64,000 nucleotides of DNA, taken from positions 1 through 64,000 of the forward strand of contig CDRNVI010000003.1 of assembly GCA_977017575.1 (NCBI GenBank). The letters run 5' to 3'. The notes below the pieces were generated by a model. The model saw only the letters and a program-made list of their open reading frames with translations, made no database searches and was not told the DNA's origin. Positions 31,977 to 43,147 of the stretch are shown here, in pieces (within the stretch, counting starts at the first letter, position 1; each line of letters opens with the position of its first letter). The position numbers and the translations under genes were made by a program. Origin of the DNA: Paramoeba atlantica (Eukaryota > Protista > Discosea).

Positions 31977-32624
31977 AAATCGGTCTTATTGGATTGGATT
32001 GGATTTGGAATCTCACTTCACCTCTACCTGATGAGTGCAATCAACGGGTACAATGGCATGGCATTTTTGAGCACTAAACCTCTATCTGTTCAGAAGATTA
32101 GCGATCGCATTATGAGTGGACACTTCATTCTAGGTGAAACGAAAGCCTGCATTTACAACGTCTATTCACCTACAGCGAAAGCTAGCAAATCGACGCAACA
32201 AAGTTTTGACGAAGACTTATTCGATGCACGGTATGACGATGATAGTATGGTAAGAATCATTAGTGGAGATCTAAATTCGTCGCTACTCAACCCAGGGGGG
32301 AGAAAATGTTAAACAAAGCGTGCAAAACAGTTACGAAAGCTACCATGCTCGCTTGGAGCTCAATCTGTACATGAAGGCTGTTGTGCAAGAAGAAAATGGA
32401 CGTATAGGTTTCCTAAAACGCGTCGGTATCCAGAGGGAATGACCAAGCAACTTGACCACATCGTTGTTAACAAAAGGTTTTTCTCTTCTATACGACCCAC
32501 GAAATGCCACATCGCACCAATACCTACGAGACATTGTGCTTTGACATCGAACTTCAATTTTCGATGGAAAATTCAAAAACTGTCTCAACAAAAACCTTTT
32601 TGGGAGGCATTGAAAAATGATGAA

Positions 32625-32805
32625 AATCACCCGATTTGTACCCGAAATTCGGCTATTTTTGGCTATAATCTTTCCGTTTTCCAGGCTAAATTTTCTTTTT
32701 TAGGCTCTTCGTTAAACGCGGCGGTAGTTTTCAACGCGAAGCGCGCAGCATGAGTGACTTCTAAGTTGAAAACAACCACCGCGTTTAACGAAGAGCCTAA
32801 AAAAG
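32625..32805. repeat. Partial hairpin-ended dispersed repeat (long terminal palindrome end)
   Basis: AGGCTCTTCGTTAAACGCGG...CCGCGTTTAACGAAGAGCCT. Confidence 0.85.
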
Positions 32806-33119
32806 AAATAATGTCGCGCACTGAGAACCTATGTCTGCTACTTCCGCAGGATTGTCAAGTGGCAAGGCTAGTTGACCCGTTCGCGATCAATTTTTCTTCT
32901 TATCACGAAAAAATTACTCCCCTAAAAAAATTGAGTTTTTGTGAACGCATCTTAGAAACTTCACGCCGCTTTTTTTTTGTGGAAAAAAAAAACGCTCGTT
33001 GAAATTTCAGCGAAGTCTCGCCACGTCATTGAAATATTTTTCGATTTCAACGAAGTGTAGTCACGTCGTTGTAAAAAAAACCCGAAACGTACCCCGAAAC
33101 GTATACGGTAGGCGAATGT

Positions 33120-33767
33120 TGGTAAGACCATTTGAATTTTCCACCGCCCCCCTTTCCCACGAGTGATAAGGGGCACAGAAAAAGGATTTACAGCCCAGCT
33201 TTTCATTCACGGCTTTGTAAATTCCGTTCCATTATCATAAGTGATAGTAAAAGTTTTTTACTTTCTTAATCCCTTGATGATTTGATTCGCCACTTCTTCG
33301 GCATGCTTCGATCGCAGAACACGCAGGACAAGGGATCTGCTCTTCAGCTCACACAAGGTCAAAATGTAACCTGAGTCCGAAGAGATTTGTACAGTTTCCC
33401 ACATACGTGCTTATCACGTGCCACGTGGCGATAAACAGTAGCCACAGAAGGCGAATCTTGCGTCCCAACAACTAAAGTGTTGGCAACCTGTTCTGGACTG
33501 TGAAGCTGCCCTAAGCGCTTCTCGATGTGTCGCTCCACGGGCCCAGAGATCAGGCGAGGGCTTGCTTTCCAAGCGTCTCTTGGATACTCTCTCAGCACGG
33601 CTGGCCTCGTACCGCCGACCCCGTTTTTTATTTCGGGCCAGCTCGCGGCTAACGGTGCTATGTGATTTTCCGATAGCCTTGCCGATCTCACGTCTCGTGG
33701 CTCCCGCCTCGAAAATCTCTTGCATTGTGCTTCTCTCTCCTCCACTGAGCCGCCTATACTTTGTCAT
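33120..33767 (-). pseudogene. IS30-family transposase relic (frameshifts, internal deletion)
   Basis: YRRLSGGER...REIGKAIGKSHSTVSRELARN; HSPEQVA...SVATVYR; from manual translation LTLCELKSR, TITYDNGTEF, FFCAPYHSWERG, ENSNGL. Confidence 0.88.
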
Positions 33768-33793
33768 GACGAAGGAAGGAAAAAAATCGAGTA

Positions 33794-33870
33794 CAGTGCG
33801 GGGCTTTATTACGGGGACGGGTTAATTAAGGGACACCCCCTTAAACCCGTCCCTTAATTCTCCATTTTGT
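33794..33870 (+). repeat. Tc1/mariner-type terminal inverted repeat (unpaired locally)
   Basis: TA+CAGTGCGGGGCTTTATTACGGG matches the left end of the MITE at 61465. Confidence 0.7.
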
Positions 33871-34044
33871 TTTCTAAGAATCTCTATACCTTTTTCTTTC
33901 AATTATCTTACTTTATTTATCTTCTTTTCGTTCAGTTATCTTACAAATACACTTTGATGTGTACCTGATAACCTGCGCGCTCTGTTACTTGGGCGCTGCA
34001 TTCGTAGTTCTTTTGTCCCATTCCAAAGGGATGACCCCACCCCT

Positions 34045-34925
34045 ATTTAGTCTCTTCGTTAAACGCGGTGGTTGTTTTCAACTTAGAAGTCACTCATGCT
34101 GCGCGCTTCGCGTTGAAAACTACCGCCGCGTTTAACGAAGAGCCTAAAAAAAGAAAATTTATCCTGGAAAACGGAAAGATTATAGCCAAAAATAGCCGAA
34201 ATTCGGGTAAAAATTGGGTCATTTTTGGGTATTTTTGCTGTCAGAGCACTAAATCCGACATTTGCGCGTGGGAAATCACTCGTAGGCATGAATGGAAGCC
34301 TACCGAACGTATTGGGTAGAGAAGACGACTCCAACCATACCATTCTTTCGACACAAAAATGCCCCTTTAGGTCCGAATACTTTTTCACCTTTTTTAGTCA
34401 AAAATGGGTCATTTTGAGGGGCGCACCACGATTCGAAGAATGGATACCTTGCGAAAACAACTGCGGATAAAGCTAGTGTAGGTCCCAAACTATCAAAATA
34501 GAATAGGGGAAACGATTTTGGAAAAATATTTTTTTTGCCATTTTTTTCGCCAAATTGAAATCTTTTTCAATTTTTTTTTTCCGAAAAAATCCGTACTTGG
34601 CGGACACGTCCTGCGGATACGCGGGGGGGTCACCCCCGGGTAGGGGGGTGGAAAATACGCGCCAAGACCCCGGCTACCCTTTCTGCGGTTTGTTTTCGAA
34701 AACTAATTTTTTCGAAAAAAATTGCTCGACCATAACCCCCCCACGGAAGCCCCCATGGGCCCCCCATTTTTTTCGATTTTTTTTTTTCAGTTTTAGTCCA
34801 CCGGAGCCCCCTTTTATATTTTTTTCTTCTATTATATTACTGTGTTTCTCTTTATATTTTCACTGTTTTTGTTCACTTTTTTTTCAATAATCGAGTGTAG
34901 AGCGGTAGTTTTACAACCAGCGCAA
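34045..34925. repeat. Full-length hairpin-ended dispersed repeat
   Basis: Same organisation as 59800-60660. Confidence 0.85.
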
Positions 34926-35210
34926 CCCGTCACATAATAACACCACGCACTGTAACGTATGCGATGCCCGATCGCATAAGATGCCCGATCGCATATTTAT
35001 TTTATGCGTGCATATTTTTCCCGTGCATTTCGCGTACTTTGTGCCATTGGGGGTACCGCATCGTCTGGCCCCTCAAACTGATAAACAATGTTTCTAATGG
35101 AAGCTTTGCAAGGATGCAGGCAACCTAATCTGTTAAATGCGGCAAAAACAACATACGGACATTTTTTATAAGAACACACTTTTTATAAGGAACACACCTT
35201 TTATAAAGAA

Positions 35211-35407
35211 CAGATTGAAAGGGGCGAGGGAGATACGAAGCAACAGGCGTGGCAGATTCCCAATGAAAAGAAATGGTATCTCCCCGCACGAGAAAAGCCT
35301 TCGCGCTTTCTAGCTCGGAGACAAACTTCGTGCGGGAGATACCATTTCTTTTCAGTGGGAATCTGCCACGCCTGTTGCTTCGTATCTCCCTCGCCCCTTT
35401 CAATCTG
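35211..35407. repeat. Near-perfect ~200-bp foldback (arms ~80 bp) containing GAGGGAGATAC
   Basis: CAGATTGAAAGGGGCGAGGGAGATACGAAGCAACAGGCGTGGCAGATTCCC... is mirrored with 2-3 differences. Confidence 0.9.
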
Positions 35408-35875
35408 GGTTATACGGCGGGCCGTTCGAGGCGGTGCAGACCCGCTGGCGCGGGTGGTGCTTTACCTCGTGACAAGTAATCTTGAAGGAAACAAGCTTCT
35501 GAAATCTTTTTTTTGAGGGGCCCGCCCGGCTAACATTTTGCCTCTGGGAGGTCTATGTTCGATTCTACTTACGTCTTGTTTATGTTAAGCATTTAGACCT
35601 TTATGTTGTACTTTAATAATGCAAAAGTGCACCTATGGGCACGTTCACTGGCTCAGTGAGACGGAACCGAGGTTCCTCCAACACTTACACCAGGCCGTGC
35701 ATACGGAACATTTCGTTCGTTGACAGTTCTTTATGTATCTCTGCTTTGTTAGCCAACAGGCATTAAGCTCAGACGCCGCGTCAAGGAGAGAGATAATTGT
35801 CTGAGGACCCTCTTCTCATGAAGAAGGTATTCAAAATGAATGTTATTTTCGTATCAATTTACTCTAATTTCTTTT

Positions 35876-36110
35876 CTATTTTCCACTGCACATTTCTTGT
35901 TCCACTGTATTTCTTGTTCTTCGCTCTTTTGCCCATACCGCTTCTACCGATTCCCGGCTGACGATCTGAGCAAGTTCCGTACGAGACAGTTCAGGAGGTG
36001 TTTCGAGGCCTGGAGTTGCGCACTGAATCATCCAACGGCAAACGAATAAAGCACAGTCATTGGTGCCATCATCTAGCACCAAGGTTGAGCCCTGTATAAT
36101 CTCCAAGCCA
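35876..36110 (-). pseudogene. Possible Ulp1/SENP-like cysteine protease C-terminal fragment
   Basis: DDGTNDCALFVCRWM resembles the Q-x(3)-DCG-x-F catalytic Cys motif; no upstream His/Asp region visible. Confidence 0.35.
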
Positions 36111-36369
36111 TTTGCTCCGTGAAAGATATTTTGCGCAACAGTTTGCACATCTAAGAGCACTTCAGTTCTTCTCCTCGTATTGTGGTTAGGCAGGGAATGC
36201 TCGTTTTTTTTTCTCTACATATATACAAAATGCAAACCGTGTTTTTGGTGGCCAGCTGGCCACTTTTCGACGAAGCACAAACCGTGTTTTTGGTGGCCAG
36301 CTGGCCACCATCCCATAACATGGCCAGCTGGCCACTATTCCACAACACTCTCCCACCCCCGTGGGGCTC

Positions 36370-37300
36370 ACTCAACGTGAGTCACTGCCCCACGTGGCAG
36401 TACACTTACTCTCTCACGTGCCACTGTATCTACACTGCAGTCACTGCCTCACGTGACACTAGTCTTGCTCTCGCACGTGCCAATGCAGCTGCACTGCGAT
36501 CACTGCCTCACGTGGCAGTACTCTCACTCTCTGACGTGCCACTGTAAGTAGAGTGCCGATGCAGTCACTGCCCCACGTGGCAGTAATCTTACTCTCTCAC
36601 GTGCTACTGCAGCTACACTGCAGTAACTGCCTCACGTGGCAGTACTCTCACTCTCTCACGTGCTACTGCAGCTGCACTGCATCACTGCAGTTACTGCCTC
36701 ACGTGGCACTGCCTGTCACTCTGCCACTGTATCTACACTGCAGTCACTGCCTCACGTGGCAGTACGCTTACTCTCTCACGTGCCACTGCAGCTACACTGC
36801 AGTCACTGCCTCACATGGCAGTAATCTTACTCTCTCACGTGCCACTGTAGCTACACTGCAGTCACTGACTCTCTCACATTCCACTGTATCTACACTGCAT
36901 TCACTGCCTCACGTGGCAGTAATCTTAAGCTCGCACGTGCCGCTGGAGCTGCGCTGCATCACTGCAGTCACTGCCTCACGTGGCAGTAATCTTACTCTCT
37001 CACGTGCCACTGCAGCTACACTGCAGTAACTGACTCTCTCACATTCCACTCTATCTACACTGCATTCACTGCCTCACGTGGCAGTAATCTTACTCTCGCA
37101 CGTGCCGCTGCAGCTTCGCTGCATCACTGAAGTCACTTCCTCACGTGGCACTACTCTTACTCTCTCACGTGCCACTGCAGCTACACTGCATCACTGCAGT
37201 CACTGCCTCAAATGGCAGTGTTCTCTGGCACGTGCCGCTGCAGCTGCACTGCATCACTGTGCAATCACTGCCTCACGTGGCACTGCTCTCACTCTCTCAC
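36370..37300. repeat. Degenerate ~59-bp CACGTG/CTGCAG minisatellite, inverted relative to 5045-5560
   Basis: Recurrent CACTGCAGTCACTGCCTCACGTGGCAGTAATCTTACTCTCTCACGTG units. Confidence 0.88.
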
Positions 37301-40300
37301 TCACTCACTCACTTTACACTAAGCCCCGGAATAGGGCGTTAGTTAAATATCTATCTGTATTTACGCTCAATACATTCATCATCTAACTCTCCAACTGATT
37401 TCGTTTTCACGTCGATTGCCTCGTACTCGGTGCGCTTCGAAAGCGAAACACACAGCACCCTGCGTACACTGGATTTTGTTGTCCCATCTTGGTTTCCGTC
37501 AAAGGGGATATTTTTCCGCGTTATGAGGTCGCGTCTCGTGGTCTACCTTTCTTGGTGCGGTTCGCGGAGGTACTTAATTGTGAGCCAGGCGCGGGGAAAT
37601 GCTGTGATAAGTGCCGTTCTAGTGTAGTAGCCGAGGTCTTGCGCCTTTTCTATGAAAGAGCGCCGAAAAGAGCTGTCTTTGCCAACGTGTCACACTTATC
37701 GTTTTATGGGTTGCCGCAATGCCCCTTTACTTTAATCACGTAGAATTTGACGCCATTCTCCTCTAAGGTCTTTATTGCACCACCTAAATCCCAATAAATG
37801 TCGCTGTTTGGAAGGCCATTGTATCCTATTAGGTAATACTTTCGCCGCGTATTGCGTATAAAATGCCATACTATCCACGAATCCGTATGCAGTACGATTG
37901 TACCCTCAACTTTGGGTGCTCTCTGAATAGCTAGTAGTGACGCATAAAATTCCGCTCTTTCTGGCGATGGTGTGCCAAGAATATCCTTACAAACAGTAGG
38001 ACTAGCCACTTCATGGCCACACTGAACTTCAACAATCCCAATTCCAATCTTTCCGATGTAACCAGAACTAACTGAGGCGTCGGTATAAAGGTGTAGAACG
38101 TTGTTGTCACTTAAGAAAGGTGTTGGACCTTCTTCAGCGTACTGCAGGGCTGAAAGATCATTTTCCCGCTGCGCAGCAGCTGCAATGCGGTGCCAACCGC
38201 TTGATCTATAACCAATATACATTTTAGGATTCTCTAGCCCCATTTGAAGTTTTTCAACATGTTTTTGCCAACATTTTCTATCCTCCGCATATACCAGGGC
38301 TTCCTCGACTACTAGTTCCATATCCCCGGTGCAAGCTTCGGATGGAGAACGAATTCGACTCTTTTCTTTAACGCGCCACTGCATCAGTTCCGAATATATC
38401 TCTGAATGCCGTATTAAGTGTCCTACAAGACGAGCCCGGTTAACTTTGTGCAGTGTGGAAAAAAGTGGGGTGTCTATATATAAGGCGGGTATTGGCACAC
38501 TTTTCCCAGAATGATCCAGTTTCGGACACTTACAAATAATACGACGCATCTTATTTACATGTATATCTACCCATTTCAATGTGGTTTCGCTCAACACTAT
38601 TGTGCCCGAGTTGTAATTTAGGATAGGGTATACGAGGGCACCGAACAAACGAAGTTTTGTCTTGACGCTCAAGGGCGATACCCATATGCCCCGAAATTTT
38701 GAGAAACCTGCCCACGTAAGTCGCAACCTGTCCCTAATACATGCCAATGGTTCAGTTTCATGGAAAAGATGTCCCACATACCTATAGGAAAGTACTTTGG
38801 GAACCGTCCCCAAAGGATCGGATATCATTTCATCGGGGCCTCGTTGCCTTCCTAGTTGCATCCACGCTGTTTTAGCAGGGCCTACTGCTATTCTTAGGTT
38901 CGCGGAGAGGGCTTGTTCCGCTGTATCCTCAATCATACTCTGTAGATCAGCCTTGTTATCTGAAAAGAAAAGGAGATCAGCATAATTTAGATCCGTGAGA
39001 CGTGTTTCCCTCAGGCCTCTGCTCTTGGTAGTCTGCTCGATCAACTCCACATATTTCTTTTACTGCTCTCCATGGGCTGGCGTGATTTTTCTTCAGCTTA
39101 GATTTTAGGACTTCACAAGACCTAGTTATAGCATCCTCGATTGCTCCCCTGTTGTGTGATACTAGTTCATTAAAGTCCTTATGCCTTCTGCTTAGCATGA
39201 AAATGTTGCGTAGGTTATCTGTTTCAGCACCTTGCGATCCTTCAACAGGTGCCTTTATATCAAGAGATATTTTTGTGATTGGTTTCAGAATTTCCTTTCC
39301 CGAAGATCGAAGGCAAGAGGCAAGAAGATCCCAGGAAGGAAGATCTTCTGTATGCAGTTGCGCTGCGACCTGTTCACAAATTCTGTTGTTAAACTTCTCT
39401 GCATGTTCTGGTTTCGATATCTTCCATTTGATTCGAATCTCTGCTCGCACAAGATAGTGCTCTGTCGGCGTAGGGGCGGCAAAAACTTGATGATGTCGCA
39501 GAGCGGATGCAAAGCGTGAGCACACTGCAATGTGATCCAACTGGCGTTTAGCATCATTAGGCAATATGCATGTCCATACTCGCTTGCTAGGGCATAAGGA
39601 GTGTCATGATTTGCAATCTATCCCTTCCAAAAGCCCCTTCAACCTTTCAACAGCAAGTTCGTCTTCTTCTGTCGTTTTGCTGAAAGTGAGAGGTGCATTT
39701 AAGTCCCCAAGTAGAAGTGCGGGTCTTCGGGGGGCTTTGCCTACTGCTTCGTGAAACGCGTTTGTCAAAGAAATATCAAACTCTTGTTTGGCCTCCTCTG
39801 GGGAGTCACGCGTCGGCCCATATGCGTTGAGCATAAAGGCTGACCCTCCTTCGATGTTGAACTCGCCGGCCATTATCCTATCATTTACTTTCCACGCCTT
39901 TATTGGCTCTTGCGTGATGAACCCCATACCGTTATACCCGTTCACTGCAGACATAAGGTAGATGAAAAAGATTTTATTCCCGTGTCGAAGCTTGCGCTTT
40001 AAAATATCAAATCCTTCGCCAGAAGTAAAAGTAAACCTTGTCACCTGGAGAGCCAGTATATGCAAGTTGGTTTGTGCCATGTATCGCACAATCTCGTGCA
40101 ATCGAGCAGAAGCTTTCAGTTTGAAAACGTCGTCACCTTCAAGTTTCAATGATGTCGTATTAAGAGTGCCTACAGCCAGACACTTCTTCACAGCAGACCC
40201 TTTCGGGTCGTCGTCGCGTAGGGAATGCTTGCCACACAGTACCCTAGTTTTCCGTGCTTTTCTACGGTTGTTCGAACGCTCAGGTTTTCGAATGCGTGCT

Positions 40301-40641
40301 CCGCATAACACGATTCGCGAATCATACGGCGGAAAGGGAAGCGTTTCCGATCGCTGGTGGTACTTTACCCGCCAGCGAACTAGCTGAAAGAGGAAACCAG
40401 GTCCTCGTTGAGTTACAGTGCCCTTCCAAATCAGAAACTCCGCACTGCTCGCGTATCTCCAGCAGAGTGCGATGTGGTAACCTGGGCGAAGAATTTTACT
40501 AATGCTCATCACTGCACAGGGGCGAAGTTTAGCATGCCCGTCTGACCCCAACATCGGGTCAAACAGAGCACCCCGACCTAACGTGGACCTAACCAGAAGG
40601 TTAATAATTCCTAGCTGTGCAGGCCCGGACGCCTCCGCCAT
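37300..40641 (-). mobile_element. Second family-C LINE copy, RT core deleted (junction ~39040), with 3' UTR and (TGAG)n tail
   Basis: ORFs 39604-40827, 38977-39564 and 37704-39050 align with the 5657-9708 copy; ATG at 40641. Confidence 0.92.
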
Positions 40642-40654
40642 ATTTTTGAAAATG

Positions 40655-42363
40655 TTCAAAAAAACAAAGGTCTTCAAAAAAACAAAGGTCTTCAAAAAAA
40701 CAAAGGTCTTCAAAAAAACAAAGGTCTTCAAAAAAACAAAGGTCTTCAAAAAAACAAAGGTCTTCAAAAAAACAAAGGTCTTCAAAAAAACAAAGGTCTT
40801 CAAAAAACAAAGGCCTTCAAAAAACAAAGGTCTTCAAAAAACAAAGGTCTTCAAAAAAAAAAAGGTCTTCAAAAAAACAAAGGTCTTCAAAAAAACAAAG
40901 GTCTTCAAAAAAACAAAGGTCTTCAAAAAAACAAAGGTCTTCAAAAAAACAAAGGTCTTCAAAAAAATAAAGGTCTTCAAAAAAACAAAGGTCTTCAAAA
41001 AAACAAAGGTGTTCAAAAAAACAAAGGTCTTCAAAAAAAACAAAGGTCTTCAAAAAAACAAAGGTCTTCAAAAAACAAAGGTCTTCAAAAAACAAAGGTC
41101 TTCAAAAAAACAAAGGTCTTCAAAAAAACAAAGGCCTTCAAAAAACCAAAGGTCTTCAAAAAACCAAAGGTCTTCAAAAAAACAAAGGCCTTCAAAAAAA
41201 CAAAGGTCTTCAAAAAAACAAAGGCCTTCAAAAAACCAAAGGTCTTCAAAAAAACAAAGGTCTTCAAAAAAACAAAGGTCTTCAAAAAAACAAAGGTCTT
41301 CAAAAAAAACAAAGGTCAAGAAAACAAACATCTTCAAAAAACCAAAGGTCTTCAAAAAACCAAAGGTCTTCAAAAAAACAAAGGTCTTCAAAAAAACAAA
41401 GGCCTTCAAAAAACCAAAGGTCTTCAAAAAACCAAAGGTCTTCAAAAAAACAAAGGTCTTCAAAAAAACAAAGGTCTTCAAAAAAACAAACATCTTCAAA
41501 AAACCAAAGGTCTTCAAAAAACCAAAGGTCTTCAAAAAAAAAAGGTCTTCAATAAAACAGAGGTCTTCAAAAAACAAAGGTCTTCAAAAAAAAAAAGGTC
41601 TTCAAAAAAACAAAGGTCTTCAAAAAACAAAGGTCTTCAAAAAAAAAAAGGTCTTCAATAAAACAAAGGTGTTCAAAAAAACAAAGGTCTTCAAAAAAAC
41701 AAAGGTCTTCAAAAAAACAAAGGTCTTCAAAAAAACAAAGGTCTTCAAAAAAACAAAGGTCTTCAAAAAAACAAAGGCCTTCAAAAAAACAAAGGTCTTC
41801 AAAAAAACAAAGGTCTTCAAAAAAACAAAGGTCTTCAAAAAAACAAACATCTTCAAAAAAACAAAGGTCTTCAAAAAAACAAAGGTCTTCAAAAAAACAA
41901 AGGTCTTCAAAAAAACAAACATCTTCAAAAAAACAAAGGTCTTCAAAAAAACAAAGGCCTTCAAAAAACCAAAGCTCTTCAAAAAAACAAAGGTCTTCAA
42001 AAAAACAAAGGCCTTCAAAAAAACAAAGGTCTTCAAAAAAACAAAGGTCTTCAAAAAAAACAAACATCTTCAAAAAAACAAAGGTCTTCAAAAAAACAAA
42101 GGTCTTCAAAAAAACAAAGGTCTTCAAAAAAACAAAGGCCTTCAAAAAAACAAAGGTCTTCAAAAAAACAAAGGTCTTCAAAAAAACAAAGGTCTTCAAA
42201 AAAACAAACATCTTCAAAAAAACAAAGGTCTTCAAAAAAACAAAGGTCTTCAAAAAAACAAAGGTCTTCAAAAAAACAAAGGTCTTCAAAAAAAACAAAG
42301 GTCAAGAAAACAAACATCTTCAAAAAACCAAAGGTCTTCAAAAAACCAAAGGTCTTCAAAAAA
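40655..42363 (-). repeat. Tandem array of ~95 x 18-bp unit (sense GACCTTTGTTTTTTTGAA), heterogeneous, at the 5' end of the second family-C LINE
   Basis: Same unit as 9723-10086 with recurring variants (GGCC, AACC, CATC); probable 9-bp TSD ACTCTCTCA at 37291-37299 and 42364-42372. Confidence 0.95.
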
Positions 42364-42374
42364 ACTCTCTCAAG

Positions 42375-42900
42375 GGCCACTATAGCCACACACTGTACCA
42401 CTCGGACCTGCACATTATTTTTTTCTCTACATATATACAAAATGCAAACTGTGTTTTTGGTGGCCAGCTGGCCACTTTTTCGAGAAAAAAAAATCTGAAA
42501 AAATCGTTCCGAATTTGTTGTTTTTGCGATTTTGAGCATATAATTTTTTTTGTTCAAAAATGTCGATGCCGGGAATCGAACCGCGGACATCCAGCGTCAA
42601 AATGGAACCCCTTTACCAACTGGACTACTCAAAGGACTCTCCTTAGTCAACCAGTTTGTCGTATCGCAGACCTTTGCAGACGCACTTTTGTTTACCAAAA
42701 GTGTTTTACAATTTGGGAAATGAGGTCGTTGTAGATGATTTTTCGAGTATTAAAGAGTTCATCTAATGAGCTACTGCTACGTTTTAAAATTTTGAAAAAA
42801 CTCGATCTCTCGATTCTTTGAGGGACATTTTCAAGTTTTGGAATTAACCTTATTAAGCGAGTTAGATACTCCGTATCTCCCTCAACACACTTTCTATAAA
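42375..42900. repeat. Dispersed repeat Y, inverted copy of 4640-5075
   Basis: Reverse complement matches 4640-5075 and retains the tRNA-like segment. Confidence 0.85.
42560..42634 (-). pseudogene. Degenerate tRNA-derived segment inside repeat Y
   Basis: A-box-like TAGTCCAGTTGG and B-box GGTTCGATTCCC at tRNA spacing; acceptor and T stems do not pair properly. Confidence 0.55.
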
Positions 42901-42914
42901 TCCTTTATAAAAAG

Positions 42915-43115
42915 ATGGCAAATGCTTCCGGCGCGGTAAATGGGACAGAGGCCTTTGAAACCCTTTACCGAACCAAGCGTGTTTGGGGAGTCATCTTTCG
43001 TCCGCCAGTACGGGAGGGACTTGCGAAACTTCGCCAGAGGGCGGTGCGTGCGATTTGTAAGATTGCCAAGGTTGGGTGCCAAGTGCTTCGGGTTGTGTGG
43101 AGATATGAAATATAC
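42915..43115 (+). pseudogene. LINE N-terminal fragment, inverted duplicate of 4430-4634
   Basis: MANASGAVNGTEAFETLYRTKRVWG...VVWRYE. Confidence 0.85.
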
Positions 43116-43147
43116 TATACTTTAATTATTATAAACTATAATCAAAT

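Larger units (their letters stand above)
25165..32610 (+). pseudogene. Older LINE (N-domain + APE) interrupted by the family-B insertion: 25165-25793 and ~32005-32610
   Basis: Left part ends LQETRLKFDDKDSILH; right part continues ISLHLYLMSAINGYNGMAF...YNVYSPT...ISGDLNS...KQLDHIVV, the expected APE order. Confidence 0.85.

Noticed and set aside
36553-37386. Cys/His-rich ORFs (also 4826-5514) resembling metal-binding proteins
   Set aside because: They are translations of the degenerate ~59-bp minisatellite and switch frames with each unit.
40502-42385. 627-aa (KKTKVF)n ORF and the matching stretch at the start of the 9479-11725 ORF
   Set aside because: Translation of the tandem array; frequent A-run indels shift frames. 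The real coding part of 9479-11725 is the Helitron Rep after ~10088.
42560-42634. Functional tRNA gene
   Set aside because: Acceptor, anticodon and T stems do not pair, so it is kept only as a tRNA-derived pseudogene.
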